Assembly (NCBI GenBank): GCA_964478865.1 | Contig: CAYZJS010000087.1 | Coordinates: 17,643 to 81,642, forward strand | Origin: an uncultured Thermodesulfatator sp. | Lineage (GTDB): Bacteria; Desulfobacterota; Dissulfuribacteria; Dissulfuribacterales; QOAL01 | Reading direction: 5' to 3' | Length of the DNA: 64,000 nt | Part shown: positions 17,285 through 26,268 of the stretch, piece after piece | How the letters are laid out: each line of letters begins with the position of its first letter | How positions within the stretch are numbered: position 1 is the first letter of the stretch | The notes under the pieces: generated by a model | The model's database searches: none | Told to the model about the DNA's origin: nothing | The model's input: only the letters and a program-made list of their open reading frames with translations | Made by a program: the position numbers and the translations under genes

Positions 17285-19789
17285 TTATATGTCTTCTATT
17301 TCCTGAACGCCGGAGTCTGTCACCGGCAGTATTTTTGTCTCAGGGCCTTTCACCAGTGTGTTGTCACAGTATATCTCCTGGGTTCCAGGATCTTTATTTA
17401 TCCTTACCCTCGCACCGGATAGAGTCCCGGTTGGTTTCCCTCTTTCAGATCCGGCCTTTTTTTTCATTATCTTGAAGATGCCATAGAATACCCCCAGCAA
17501 AAGGGCTGCAGCAGCCCAGAACGGCCAATCATTTGCGGTAGGCTGCCTGGTAGGCGGTTTGGCAGGCGGCGCTGGAGGCTCTTTTACGATTATGTCCAGC
17601 TCCTGGGATTCGAAAATTTTTCCTTCCGGGCCTCTGGCAAGGGCCTTCACCCTGTATACACCAGGCCTCCTGTATGAATGGCTTGCAGATGAATCCGGCG
17701 ACCAGCTTTTCTCTTCTTTGAATTCTTCGTCTCCGAAGACAAAAGAAAAGAGCACGTTTGCCCTTCTCGGTGCTGTTTCAGCAGTAAAAACTACCTCCTG
17801 GCCAACCAGGGTTGAATCCTTGTCTGACTTTATCAGGACGTTCAGGTGTGGCCCCGGCCCTGGGTTTACGGTCACAAGGACCTGTTGGCTCTTTGCCAGA
17901 ATCCGACGGTTTTCCCTGACCTCTGCATGTGCAAGATATCTTCCCGGTTGGTCGTAGGAATAGTCCGTGCCGGGAGCGAGGAGGCTACATTTTGAGTTCC
18001 CGTCTCCAAAAAAGAAACAGTACTCGGCTTTCACGTCTTCGGGCTGTAAGGATGCATCGAACCTGACAGGTTCCCCCACTGCAACCGAAGACGGTTCAAC
18101 CTTTAAACCCACCCTGATGACAGGAGGTGGCTTCTTTTTCACTTCAATCCTTACAGGTTTACTTTCTGCAACCTCTTCTCCTCCCGAAAGCACCTTGACC
18201 ACCGCCTGGTAAACACCCTGCTTTTCGTATGCGTGGACCACGCCCGGACTGTTTCCGTTGTTCTTCTGGACTCCGTCTCCAAATGAAAAGATGTATTCGA
18301 GGGAAGGGCCTTGCGGCAGGGCCTTTGCCGTGAAATGAACTTTTCTGCCTGCTTCAGTCCGGTAAGGGTTTGCAGAAAGCATGACCCTAAACGTTTCACG
18401 TACCCGGATCTCGGCGGTGTTGCTTCTTACCGTTCTGTTGCCCAGTAGAGCTTCTAGTTGAACCAAGTGAACTCCAGGCCTGGTAAAGGGGTGGCGGAAC
18501 AAGCATTCTGGCCGTAAGGCTGAAACAGCCGCCCCGTCAATCAGCAACCGGTAGTTCGCTCCCGGATTTTTTGGCTGGAGCCTCCCCATGATGGTGACGG
18601 TTTCGCCCGCCTGCACCGCGTGTTTATCCGTTTTCAGTAAAAGCCGGTAATTTGCCGGCCTGACAATGACAGGAACCATGTTGCTTTCAACCATCTTGTC
18701 ATTCCCAGGCCGTGCAGAGGCCTTTGCCGTATAATGGCCAGGCACGCGGTACCTGTGGCTCGTGCTGTTTTTCTTTATCCAGCCCGATGAGCCACCGTCT
18801 CCAAAATAAAAAAAGAACCGGGCATCCCGGCTGTAAGGGGTAAGGTTTGCCCGGAGATTTACCAGGCTGTTTTCCCCTGCTTGCCGGGGATCAACCTGCA
18901 AACTGAGACGAAAGGTAACTGGCGGAGGAAGGACCTCCAGGACGGCCTTGGCCTTGAGAACCTCTTGCGCCGCGGTAATGGCAGGGGAGCGTGCCATAAG
19001 GCCCACTCCGTACCTGCCGGGAGAAAGGCTTGACGTGTCTATCCTGAAGACCGGCCCCTGTGCGTGGCTTCCTCCGGGGCCTCGCCAAGAGAAGCGGTAC
19101 TTCGTGTTGCTGACGGTCAGTCTGGCCCTGAAAACGGCCTCTTCCCCCCTTCGAACCGTCAGTGAAGGTGGTGAAATAGAGACTGCCGGGTGCGGGATGG
19201 AGGGGTGGATCTTCTGGATGAACCTGAAATCATCCGCGTTGATGTGCCCCCAACCTCCTGAAGAGTTATCTATTATGCGGATCATTCCACGTTTTCCCGA
19301 ATATGGGTCGAGGTCCCATTCCACCCTGCGCATTGTCTCGGTATTCATGCCCGATACCTGGTAGGCAGTGCTGTAGCCCACGTCATCTCTGTCGTTCAAA
19401 ATATCGAGTTCCACCCTGGTATCCGGTGAACTTCCACCCCCTACCAGAAAGCTGAGGGAGCCGGATGGTATCACAAATACGGGGGATGAAAGTTCACCCC
19501 TTGGAGCGTCGCCCTGGATGTCTCCGGGCCTCTGGCCAGGCCTGCCCTGGTATTTTTCGTAAGTCCCTATCCAGTAGCTGCCCTGGTGGTTGGAGGGCTG
19601 CCCCCTGTGCCTCCTGGCAGGGTTATCTCCAAGGGTGGGCTGAAAATGAAAGGCGCGCCCACTGGCCTGCCATCCGTCAAGAGTACCGGTTTCAAAATCC
19701 AGGGTGCAGGCTGGTGGCTGGCCCTGGACCCAAGGAGGCGCGCTCAAGATGCAGAAGGCGCATATCAACAAGAGGAGCAGCCTTTTCAA
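17285..19789 (-). CDS. single-pass membrane protein: signal peptide, lectin/glucanase-like beta-sandwich, multiple PKD repeats, TM helix, about 60-aa cytoplasmic tail
   Basis: Start moved to TTG 19789, (M)KRLLLLLICAFCILSAPPWVQG, 5 nt after GGGGGA and 10 nt after the peptidase stop. The N-terminal domain runs from CTLDFETGTLDGWQASGRAF to GGWGHINADDF. PKD units include FFYFGDGGSSGW...SHRYRVPGHY, FSFGDGVQKN...HAYEKQGVY, FFFGDGNSKC...YDQPGRY and FVFGDEEFKE...HSYRRPGVY. The TM helix is WPFWAAAALLLGVFYGIFKIM. Confidence 0.8.
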   Translation of the reverse strand: MKRLLLLLICAFCILSAPPWVQGQPPACTLDFETGTLDGWQASGRAFHFQPTLGDNPARRHRGQPSNHQGSYWIGTYEKYQGRPGQRPGDIQGDAPRGELSSPVFVIPSGSLSFLVGGGSSPDTRVELDILNDRDDVGYSTAYQVSGMNTETMRRVEWDLDPYSGKRGMIRIIDNSSGGWGHINADDFRFIQKIHPSIPHPAVSISPPSLTVRRGEEAVFRARLTVSNTKYRFSWRGPGGSHAQGPVFRIDTSSLSPGRYGVGLMARSPAITAAQEVLKAKAVLEVLPPPVTFRLSLQVDPRQAGENSLVNLRANLTPYSRDARFFFYFGDGGSSGWIKKNSTSHRYRVPGHYTAKASARPGNDKMVESNMVPVIVRPANYRLLLKTDKHAVQAGETVTIMGRLQPKNPGANYRLLIDGAAVSALRPECLFRHPFTRPGVHLVQLEALLGNRTVRSNTAEIRVRETFRVMLSANPYRTEAGRKVHFTAKALPQGPSLEYIFSFGDGVQKNNGNSPGVVHAYEKQGVYQAVVKVLSGGEEVAESKPVRIEVKKKPPPVIRVGLKVEPSSVAVGEPVRFDASLQPEDVKAEYCFFFGDGNSKCSLLAPGTDYSYDQPGRYLAHAEVRENRRILAKSQQVLVTVNPGPGPHLNVLIKSDKDSTLVGQEVVFTAETAPRRANVLFSFVFGDEEFKEEKSWSPDSSASHSYRRPGVYRVKALARGPEGKIFESQELDIIVKEPPAPPAKPPTRQPTANDWPFWAAAALLLGVFYGIFKIMKKKAGSERGKPTGTLSGARVRINKDPGTQEIYCDNTLVKGPETKILPVTDSGVQEIEDI

Positions 19790-19799
19790 TGAAATCCCC

Positions 19800-20681
19800 C
19801 TACTGTTTGAACCTCCCGGTATCCACCCATTCGTTTTTGAAAAGGGTCCACCAATCAACGGCAAGCCCCTGAAGGACGTATTCATAAGGCAGCCAGCCGT
19901 AACCCTGGTCTCCCCAGGAAGGGCCCCAGGAATTTCTAATGAGCAGCGCCCCCTTGGTTTCCTTGCCGCTTAGGGTATTCTTGATCTTTTTGGCATTGTC
20001 ATATCCCACGGCCACTACTGCATGGCCACCATCTATCTTTTCTCCCGGTGCGGGATACGGGATCATGCCGTCATCGGATGCCTGGCGTATGGAACTGAAG
20101 ACTGTAAAGCCGAACATAGATGGCAATCCATATCTCATGAGGGTCTTTATCCTGCCAAGCACTGTTTTCTTGGATGTGCCCGGGGGGTCCAGGCGGAAGT
20201 AGCGTATGGCCTGGAAATTCTGGGCGAATGCATAACAGAAGGGTGTTGGTTCCCTGTCAAAATCGGAAATATCATAGGGCCAGTATTCCTCTGGAGGGCA
20301 GCCAAAAAGCACCATTGCCCCCATGGTGCTTCTCAGGAATGCACCTGTATCCCCTGTCCAGTGCAGCAGATTTCTGGTGGCCTTGTAGAGAAACAGCCTG
20401 GAAGCATTTATATGTTTTCCAAAAGCCCTTCTTTCGTAATATTCAAGTAATCCAACCGCCGCGTTTGCCGTACATGAACCAAGGCTTCCCTGGTCCTCTA
20501 CAGGCGGGCACCACTTTCTGAGATCAGTGGAGGCCGGCACACCCTTCCTGGAAGAAGGGCCTGAAAGGCCGAGCTTTTTGGCCAGGGGTTTTATTTCTTC
20601 ATGGTCAAGGGTGTAATCCCTGAAATCCGGGTAATCTCTCAACCAGCCCAGTCCATACCTGCCGTCTATTGCAAGTGCCAT
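19800..20681 (-). CDS. papain-like (C1 family) cysteine peptidase, no signal peptide
   Basis: Start moved to MALAIDGRYGLGWLRDYPDFRD, behind GAGGAGGAAAAGG. The catalytic residues are Cys in DQGSLGSCTANA, His in DGGHAVVAVGYD and Asn in IRNSWGPSWG. Confidence 0.85.
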   Translation of the reverse strand: MALAIDGRYGLGWLRDYPDFRDYTLDHEEIKPLAKKLGLSGPSSRKGVPASTDLRKWCPPVEDQGSLGSCTANAAVGLLEYYERRAFGKHINASRLFLYKATRNLLHWTGDTGAFLRSTMGAMVLFGCPPEEYWPYDISDFDREPTPFCYAFAQNFQAIRYFRLDPPGTSKKTVLGRIKTLMRYGLPSMFGFTVFSSIRQASDDGMIPYPAPGEKIDGGHAVVAVGYDNAKKIKNTLSGKETKGALLIRNSWGPSWGDQGYGWLPYEYVLQGLAVDWWTLFKNEWVDTGRFKQ

Positions 20682-20798
20682 ATCCTTTTCCTCCTCTTGC
20701 TGGTCAGCCACTGATAACCTTGAAGTACAAGGATTATCTGGGGGCTTTCTTGTCTCCGTCACCAAAAAAATAACTAAACAAAAAATTAACTTTTTATT

Positions 20799-20828
20799 AT
20801 TATATCATGAAAAATATTAAAATCACAA
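20799..20828 (-). promoter_or_regulatory. sigma70-type promoter for the peptidase operon
   Basis: The minus strand reads TTGTGA-18 nt-TATAAT inside the only strongly AT-rich stretch of this region. Confidence 0.4.
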
Positions 20829-20944
20829 GACATGGACCTGCAACCCCGATAAGGAGGCTAAGTACGTGCCTCAACAAAGATGATTTTGGTTCTTTTGAAA
20901 AAAACGGAGAGTGGGTAAGGAGGAGATTGAAAAAATGCTTTCTT

Positions 20945-21412
20945 TTACCTTCGTCTCTTGAAAAAATCCCTCAGGATCCTGGAGCACTCCTCTTCAAGGA
21001 TTCCTTTCCCGACCTTAATCCGGTGGTTGAGACCAGCCACTTCATTAATGTGCAGCACCGAGCCCAGGGCACCGGACCTTGGATCCCTGGCGCCACAGAC
21101 CACGCCTTCCACCCTGGCCCACACCAGGGCCCCGGCGCACATGATACAGGGCTCAAGGGTTGTGAACATCCATGTGTCAGGGAGGCGGTAATTTCCCAGC
21201 CTTGCAGCAGCCTGCCTAAGGGCCAGGATCTCTGCATGGGCCGTGGGATCATCCATGGATATGGGGCAGTTATGGGCCTCGGAGATGATATCTCCTTTTT
21301 TCGACACCAGCACGGCACCTACAGGCACCTCGCCCTTCTTCCAGGCCCTGAGGGCCTGCAAGATGGCCTGCCTCATGAAAATTTCTGCCCTATTTTCAGA
21401 AAAATCAGTCAT
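20945..21412 (-). CDS. tadA: tRNA-specific adenosine deaminase
   Basis: The HAEILALRQAA and TLEPCIMCAGAL zinc-binding motifs are present. The length of 155 aa fits. Confidence 0.9.
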   Translation of the reverse strand: MTDFSENRAEIFMRQAILQALRAWKKGEVPVGAVLVSKKGDIISEAHNCPISMDDPTAHAEILALRQAAARLGNYRLPDTWMFTTLEPCIMCAGALVWARVEGVVCGARDPRSGALGSVLHINEVAGLNHRIKVGKGILEEECSRILRDFFKRRR

Positions 21413-22100
21413 TCTTGCCTGGCCTTCCCGGGTTCATGAGCCCGTTTTCCGAAAAGCTGAAATATTCCGACGGCCCCCCGATGATTATGTGATCCAGCAT
21501 CCTGATTCCCAGGAGTTCCGAGGCCTGGATGAGCTGCCGGGTTATGAGCCTGTCGGCCTCGGAAGGCTCCAGGGAGCCGGAGGGGTGATTGTGTGCGCAT
21601 ATCAGGGCAGTGGCATTTTTCAAAAGCGCCTTTCTCATGACCTCCCTGGGATAAACTGCCGTGACGTTTGCAGTGCCTGCAAAGAGTTCCTCAAGGTCTA
21701 TCACCCCGTTCTTTGAATCCAGAAATACGGCAACGAATATCTCCCTTTCCCTGAAGGAAAGGGCATGGGACAGATAATCCGTCATGTCCCTGGCGGAATG
21801 GATCCGCGGCCGGGACTTCAGCCGCTGCCGCAGAAACCTCCTGGCCGATTCGTGTATGAACTTTACGGCAAATGCGTTGTTAGGCCCTACTCCCTTGACC
21901 TCCTGGAGTTCCTTGGGGTCGGCCTCAAGAACCATGGCCAGGGAGCCAAAACGCCTGCAGAGCTCCCTTGCCTGGGCCTTGCAGTCTTTTCTGGGCGTAC
22001 CCATGGCAAGGAGCACTTCTATTATCTCTTCGTCAGTGAAGGAATCAAGGCCGTATTTCAGGAACCTGTCCCTGAGCCGCTGCCTGTGCCCCTCTGCCAT
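21405..22100 (-). CDS. radC: RadC-family JAB/MPN domain protein
   Basis: The N-terminus HRQRLRDRFLKYGLDSFTDEEIIEVLL is typical. The C-terminal ICAHNHPSGSLEPSEAD is the JAMM motif. Confidence 0.85.
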   Translation of the reverse strand: MAEGHRQRLRDRFLKYGLDSFTDEEIIEVLLAMGTPRKDCKAQARELCRRFGSLAMVLEADPKELQEVKGVGPNNAFAVKFIHESARRFLRQRLKSRPRIHSARDMTDYLSHALSFREREIFVAVFLDSKNGVIDLEELFAGTANVTAVYPREVMRKALLKNATALICAHNHPSGSLEPSEADRLITRQLIQASELLGIRMLDHIIIGGPSEYFSFSENGLMNPGRPGKND

Positions 22101-22101
22101 C

Positions 22102-23436
22102 TCACCCCTGTCTTTCGTTTTTAATGCCGTATTTTTTCATCTTGTATCTCAAAACCCTCTCGCTTATGCCAAGGAGCTCGGCAGCCCTGGTCTGCACCCA
22201 GTCCCTGGCCTTTAATGCCTTGAGGATTTCCTCTTTTTCCACCTGCCTGAGCTTTGCCTCGAGGTTCATGTTGGCCTGGTCTTCCGCAAAGGGATCAAAG
22301 GGAATGTCCGAGGCCTTTATTACATTTCCTCGGCAGAGGGTGACCAGCCGTTGAATCATGTGCTCCAGTTCCCTCACGTTTCCGGGCCAGCTGTTTTTCA
22401 CCAGCCTGTCCATAGCCTCATGGGCAATACGAACCGGCCTTGACTGGTACTTTTCCAGGAAGAGATGAACCAGGTCCGGGATATCATCTTTCCGCTCGCG
22501 AAGCGGCGGCAGGTGGATCTCAAAGACATTCAGCCGGAAATATAGGTCCTGCCTGAACTCCCCGTTTTCCGCCATCTTCTTCAGGTTCCTGTTGGTGGCT
22601 GCAATAATCCGAACGTCCACCTCAACGGGCCTTAGCGCACCGACAGGCGTCATCTTCTTTTCCTGCAGGACCCTCAGAAGCTTGGCCTGGAGATGTTCCG
22701 GCAGCTCTCCTATCTCGTCCAGGAACAGGGTGCCTCCCTGGGCAAATTCGAAAAGCCCCCTTTTATCCCTGGAGGCCCCTGTAAAGGCCCCCTTCTTATG
22801 GCCAAAGAGTTCACTTTCAAAAAGGTTCTCGGGAATGGCGGCACAGTTGACTTCAACAAATTCCGCGTCTTTCCTGGGGCTGAGCTCGTGAACGAGCCGG
22901 GCCATGAGTTCCTTGCCGGTTCCGGTCTCCCCGTAAATCAATACTGGCCACGGAGTGGCTGCAACACGCCTTGCAGTGGAGACTGCCTCCTTCATGGCGG
23001 CGCTTTTCCCTATGAATGTCAGGGGGATCTGGCCTTCTTCAATCTCACTGCTCACCTCCTGGAGGTCTGCCTCTGTCTCTATCCTGTTCATGGCAGCCTC
23101 CACCTTTTCAAGAAGCTGCTCCAGGTCCACTGGCTTTTCCAGGAAGTCTGAAGCCCCGAGCTTCATTACCTTGACGGCGGTATCCACTGCCCCGTATGCA
23201 GTGATCATGATGACCTGGACCAGGGGATTGATCTTCTTGAGTTCCTGAAGGACCAGGTCGCCATTCATGTCAGGCATCCTGTGATCGAGCAGAACCAGAG
23301 GGATGAACTCCTTTCTGAAAAGTTCCAGTGCCTGCCTGCCACCTTCTGCCTCCAGGGCACTGAAGCCCTTTTCCTCCAGGAACTGCGCTATAATACTCCT
23401 CTGGATCGGCTCATCGTCCACGATTAGAATCTTCAT
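22102..23436 (-). CDS. NtrC/ZraR-type sigma54-dependent response regulator (REC-AAA+-Fis HTH)
   Basis: REC domain KILIVDDEP...LLDHRMPDMNG. Walker A is GETGTGKE and the GAFTGA loop reads GHKKGAFTGA. The C-terminal HTH is AAELLGISERVLRYKMKKYGI. Confidence 0.9.
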   Translation of the reverse strand: MKILIVDDEPIQRSIIAQFLEEKGFSALEAEGGRQALELFRKEFIPLVLLDHRMPDMNGDLVLQELKKINPLVQVIMITAYGAVDTAVKVMKLGASDFLEKPVDLEQLLEKVEAAMNRIETEADLQEVSSEIEEGQIPLTFIGKSAAMKEAVSTARRVAATPWPVLIYGETGTGKELMARLVHELSPRKDAEFVEVNCAAIPENLFESELFGHKKGAFTGASRDKRGLFEFAQGGTLFLDEIGELPEHLQAKLLRVLQEKKMTPVGALRPVEVDVRIIAATNRNLKKMAENGEFRQDLYFRLNVFEIHLPPLRERKDDIPDLVHLFLEKYQSRPVRIAHEAMDRLVKNSWPGNVRELEHMIQRLVTLCRGNVIKASDIPFDPFAEDQANMNLEAKLRQVEKEEILKALKARDWVQTRAAELLGISERVLRYKMKKYGIKNERQG

Positions 23437-25052
23437 TTGGTCCCGTCCCGCCTCCTTCCTGCCTTTGCTGGAAAGCCTGTTTCCACCACAAAACTGCCAG
23501 ATTCAACCCTGGCCCTGATAAATCCGTTGTGAGCCGCCATTATCCGCTGGCATATTGAAAGACCAAGGCCCGTGCCCCTGGTCTTAAGGGTGAAGTACGG
23601 CTCGAAGATCTGATCAAGCTCCTCTCTGGAGGGAAGATTGCCACCATTGGCTATCCTTGCGACCTGGAAACCGTTTTCCACTGCCAGTTCAATGATTATG
23701 GCCTCACCTTCCGGCTGTGCGTCCAGGGCATTTGAGAGGAGGTTTTCAAAGAGCTGGAGCGCAAGGTCGGGATCTGCCTCAACCAGGACCTCCCTTATGA
23801 TCCTGAAGTCGATTCCTATACCCTGGAATTTTTCCCTGCCCTCGATATTCGCAAGGGCCTCCCTCAGGATATGCGAGATAAAAACCGGCCGGATTTCGGG
23901 CTTGAGTGGCCGTGCGTAGGAAAGCAATCCTGAAATTATCCTTTCCGTCCTTGCAAGTTCGCCTTGTATGAGCCCCAGAAGCTTCCTGTGCATTTCGGGC
24001 AAGCCCTTCTTGTCCATGAGCAATCTCTGTATACCCATGGACACGCTGTTTAGGGGATTTCTTATCTCGTGGGCAATGGTTGCAGCCGAGCGGCCAAGGC
24101 TTGCCTCGTGCCTTTCCCGGAAAAGCTGTTCCTCGTATTCCCTCATCTTCGAGACATAAGCGGCCTGGTGCCTGTAAAGCAGCCAGGTGACTATTCCTCC
24201 AGTGGCCACCAATATCAGGCTGAAAAAGAAGAGGAGCATCCAGATATTACGTTGTTTCGCCCTGAGGGAGCCTGCATCCATTCCCAGGATCAGGACTTGT
24301 TCTCCCAGGTCAAACTGCACCCGGACTACAGGTCCGGAGTCGCTATCGTAGTAGGCGACATCCTGTTTTTTATCGCATTTTTCCGGGCATCCCCAGCCAT
24401 TTGCCTCTACGCAAGCCGATTCCCTGTCTGTCAGCCTTACGAATTTTACCCCGGCAAGATGGGATATCTCCCGAAGGGTATTTTCAAGGCCTATCCTCTC
24501 CTGGATGGCCATGACCTGGGAGGCATCGATTCCGGCAATAACGCATACCTGATCCCCGGGGCCGAAGGGACTTACGAAAATAAACATCCTCTTTTCCCGG
24601 TCCTCCCTCAAGGCTGGCCCGGCATTGCAAAGAGATACGGCAGGCCGGGGCAGCCAGCCGAATTTGCTCTCCACCAGGTTTCCGGAGCCTTTCTCCATTA
24701 TGCTTATTCCGCTCAGTCCGGCCTCCTGGGCAAATGCAGAAAGCTCCTCCCTGGTAAAGGGCTCTACGTGCTGCAGGTACCTGATGAATCTTATCTGGCT
24801 TTTTAAGAAGGAAGAGATGATCTGCCTGCTGGTCTTTCGGGCCTGGATGGCATTTTGTGCATTAAGCCTGATTATTTCTGCTGCAAGCCTGGCATGGTCC
24901 CTGGCCTCGTCCAGGAAGATGCGGTCTAGATACCTTGTCTGCCATACCGCAACGGTCACTGCCACGGCAAATATCACGAGAAAGGCTACAAAATTGGCCT
25001 TCCACAGACTCGGAAAGCCAGACTTGGGAGAACCGCCACGCTCCTCGCTCAT
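23433..25052 (-). CDS. sensor histidine kinase with about 230-aa periplasmic domain
   Basis: Two TM helices (FVAFLVIFAVAVTVAV and IWMLLFFFSLILVATGGIVTWLL). The H-box is AATIAHEIRNPLNSV and the G-box is TRGTGLGLSICQRIM. The stop overlaps the regulator start as ATGA. Confidence 0.85.
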   Translation of the reverse strand: MSEERGGSPKSGFPSLWKANFVAFLVIFAVAVTVAVWQTRYLDRIFLDEARDHARLAAEIIRLNAQNAIQARKTSRQIISSFLKSQIRFIRYLQHVEPFTREELSAFAQEAGLSGISIMEKGSGNLVESKFGWLPRPAVSLCNAGPALREDREKRMFIFVSPFGPGDQVCVIAGIDASQVMAIQERIGLENTLREISHLAGVKFVRLTDRESACVEANGWGCPEKCDKKQDVAYYDSDSGPVVRVQFDLGEQVLILGMDAGSLRAKQRNIWMLLFFFSLILVATGGIVTWLLYRHQAAYVSKMREYEEQLFRERHEASLGRSAATIAHEIRNPLNSVSMGIQRLLMDKKGLPEMHRKLLGLIQGELARTERIISGLLSYARPLKPEIRPVFISHILREALANIEGREKFQGIGIDFRIIREVLVEADPDLALQLFENLLSNALDAQPEGEAIIIELAVENGFQVARIANGGNLPSREELDQIFEPYFTLKTRGTGLGLSICQRIMAAHNGFIRARVESGSFVVETGFPAKAGRRRDGTK

Positions 25053-25060
25053 CTCAGCCG

Positions 25061-25471
25061 CTACCTTCCATGTCCCCGTCCATGGCCGTGTCTTCCTGCT
25101 CTCCCCCGGAAGCCGGCGGCCTTCCTAAGCCGTTTCTTTATGCCGGTCATGTCGTGGCCGTGACCCGGACACACACGCTCCAACTCAAGAGAACCGGCCT
25201 TGCCGTGTTTTATCCACATTCTGATATTGGAACCCTTTTGCACCCCCGCCGCCTCAAAACCGGAATCATAGGCGACTGTCATGTCCTTGCCGCTTTCCAT
25301 GTCGCGGATGACCATGGTCTTGTCTGCAGGATCTATACGGACTACCTGGCCGGCAAGAAGTTCAGATGCGTATGCGCCTGAAAAGAGGGCCAGCCAGATG
25401 AGCAAGGCTCCAGCAAGGAAAGCGCCCGCGTGCCACGGGTGTTTTCCAGTTGCAAAGCCCGGAAGGCGCAT
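25061..25471 (-). CDS. small secreted protein with His/Gly/Arg-rich C-terminal tail
   Basis: MRLPGFATGKHPWHAGAFLAGALLIWLALFSGAYA looks like a signal peptide. The tail is PGHGHD...GRAGRHGHGRGHGR. It is the first gene of the kinase/regulator operon. The start is uncertain (25513 is also possible) and neither candidate has a strong RBS. Confidence 0.5.
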   Translation of the reverse strand: MRLPGFATGKHPWHAGAFLAGALLIWLALFSGAYASELLAGQVVRIDPADKTMVIRDMESGKDMTVAYDSGFEAAGVQKGSNIRMWIKHGKAGSLELERVCPGHGHDMTGIKKRLRKAAGFRGRAGRHGHGRGHGR

Positions 25472-25621
25472 CTGAAATCTAATCTCATTCCTGTAAAGAG
25501 ATGTTTTACACATTGCTTTTAATATAGGTAACGTCCTTCCCGGTTCATTTTTAAACCTATGGATGCAGACTGGACAGGGTCAGCCGTGGCAGACACCTTG
25601 AGTTGTCCTGAATTTCCATCC

Positions 25622-25636
25622 GCAAAAACGATACCA
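25622..25636 (-). promoter_or_regulatory. sigma54 -24/-12 promoter
   Basis: The minus strand reads TGGTAT-cgttt-TTGC (GG-N10-GC). Confidence 0.5.
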
Positions 25637-25708
25637 TGTTGAAACCGCCGCATAAACCACGAATATTTTAGCATTATTCGGGTTTTCTGCCGCCAGGGCC
25701 TGTTGAAT

Positions 25709-25748
25709 TTCGACAATATTGTCGAGAAGCGGAAATCATTTGTCGAAC
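25709..25748. promoter_or_regulatory. enhancer (UAS): 16-bp perfect palindrome plus half-site
   Basis: TCGACAATATTGTCGA (25710..25725) and TGTCGA (25741..25746) lie within TTTGTCGAAC. They sit between divergent sigma54 promoters. Confidence 0.6.
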
Positions 25749-25821
25749 TGCCTGAAGATGTCCGCCGTTGCTTCCGACGTTAACTTGATGATTTTAAATA
25801 AAATTTTCCAAGAAAAAAACG

Positions 25822-25836
25822 TGGCACGATCCTTGA
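25822..25836 (+). promoter_or_regulatory. sigma54 -24/-12 promoter
   Basis: TGGCAC-gatcc-TTGA lies 46 nt before ATG 25883. The RBS AGGAGG is at 25868..25873. Confidence 0.55.
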
Positions 25837-25882
25837 GTAGTTAAAGTCCTGAAATACAAAAAACCCCAGGAGGTGATACAAA

Positions 25883-26215
25883 ATGAAATCGATAACACTT
25901 AGAACCGTGCTGGCAGCCGGGGCGCTATTTATAGCCATTCCAGCCCTTGCCGCAGATTACAGCAGTTATTCTCTCCAGGAGCTTTCCCAAATGAGAGGCA
26001 CAATGATGGACAAATCCCAGGAAGAAAGAGAGGCCTTCAGAAACGCCTGGATGGAAAAGATGAGAAATGCCACGCCGGAAGAAAGATCCCTTTATTCCGG
26101 AGCACAGGGAAAGGGCCACAAGTATGGCCAGATGCACTCAAATGGCCAGTCAGGCTTCGGCGGCGCGGGAAACTGTGACGGGTCGGGACACGGCCACAGA
26201 CACGGCCGGAAATAA
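25883..26215 (+). CDS. small periplasmic helical protein with Gly/His-rich tail (ZraP/Spy-like in composition)
   Basis: Signal peptide MKSITLRTVLAAGALFIAIPALA. The core is helical and charged (QEEREAFRNAWMEKMRNATPEER). The tail is GFGGAGNCDGSGHGHRHGRK. Confidence 0.6.
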   Translation: MKSITLRTVLAAGALFIAIPALAADYSSYSLQELSQMRGTMMDKSQEEREAFRNAWMEKMRNATPEERSLYSGAQGKGHKYGQMHSNGQSGFGGAGNCDGSGHGHRHGRK

Positions 26216-26268
26216 AAGGCCATTTTTTACGGACGGAGAAAAAAGACTTACCAAAAGGAGAAACAGAC

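Noticed and set aside
19800-19885. 86-nt overlap between the peptidase gene and the PKD-protein ORF as given in the track (ATG 19885)
   Set aside because: A TTG at 19789 preceded by GGGGGA yields a canonical signal peptide (MKRLLLLLICAF...) right after the peptidase stop. The upstream 32 codons are probably not translated.
20682-20765. N-terminal extension of the peptidase ORF (TTG 20765, MVTETRKPPDNPCTS...)
   Set aside because: It has no RBS, whereas the internal ATG 20681 follows GAGGAGGAAAAGG and begins the conserved GLGW-x-D-x-PD-x-RD region.
24069-25128. 245-aa and 167-aa plus-strand ORFs
   Set aside because: They are antisense to the sensor kinase gene, whose H-box and G-box motifs establish the minus strand as coding.
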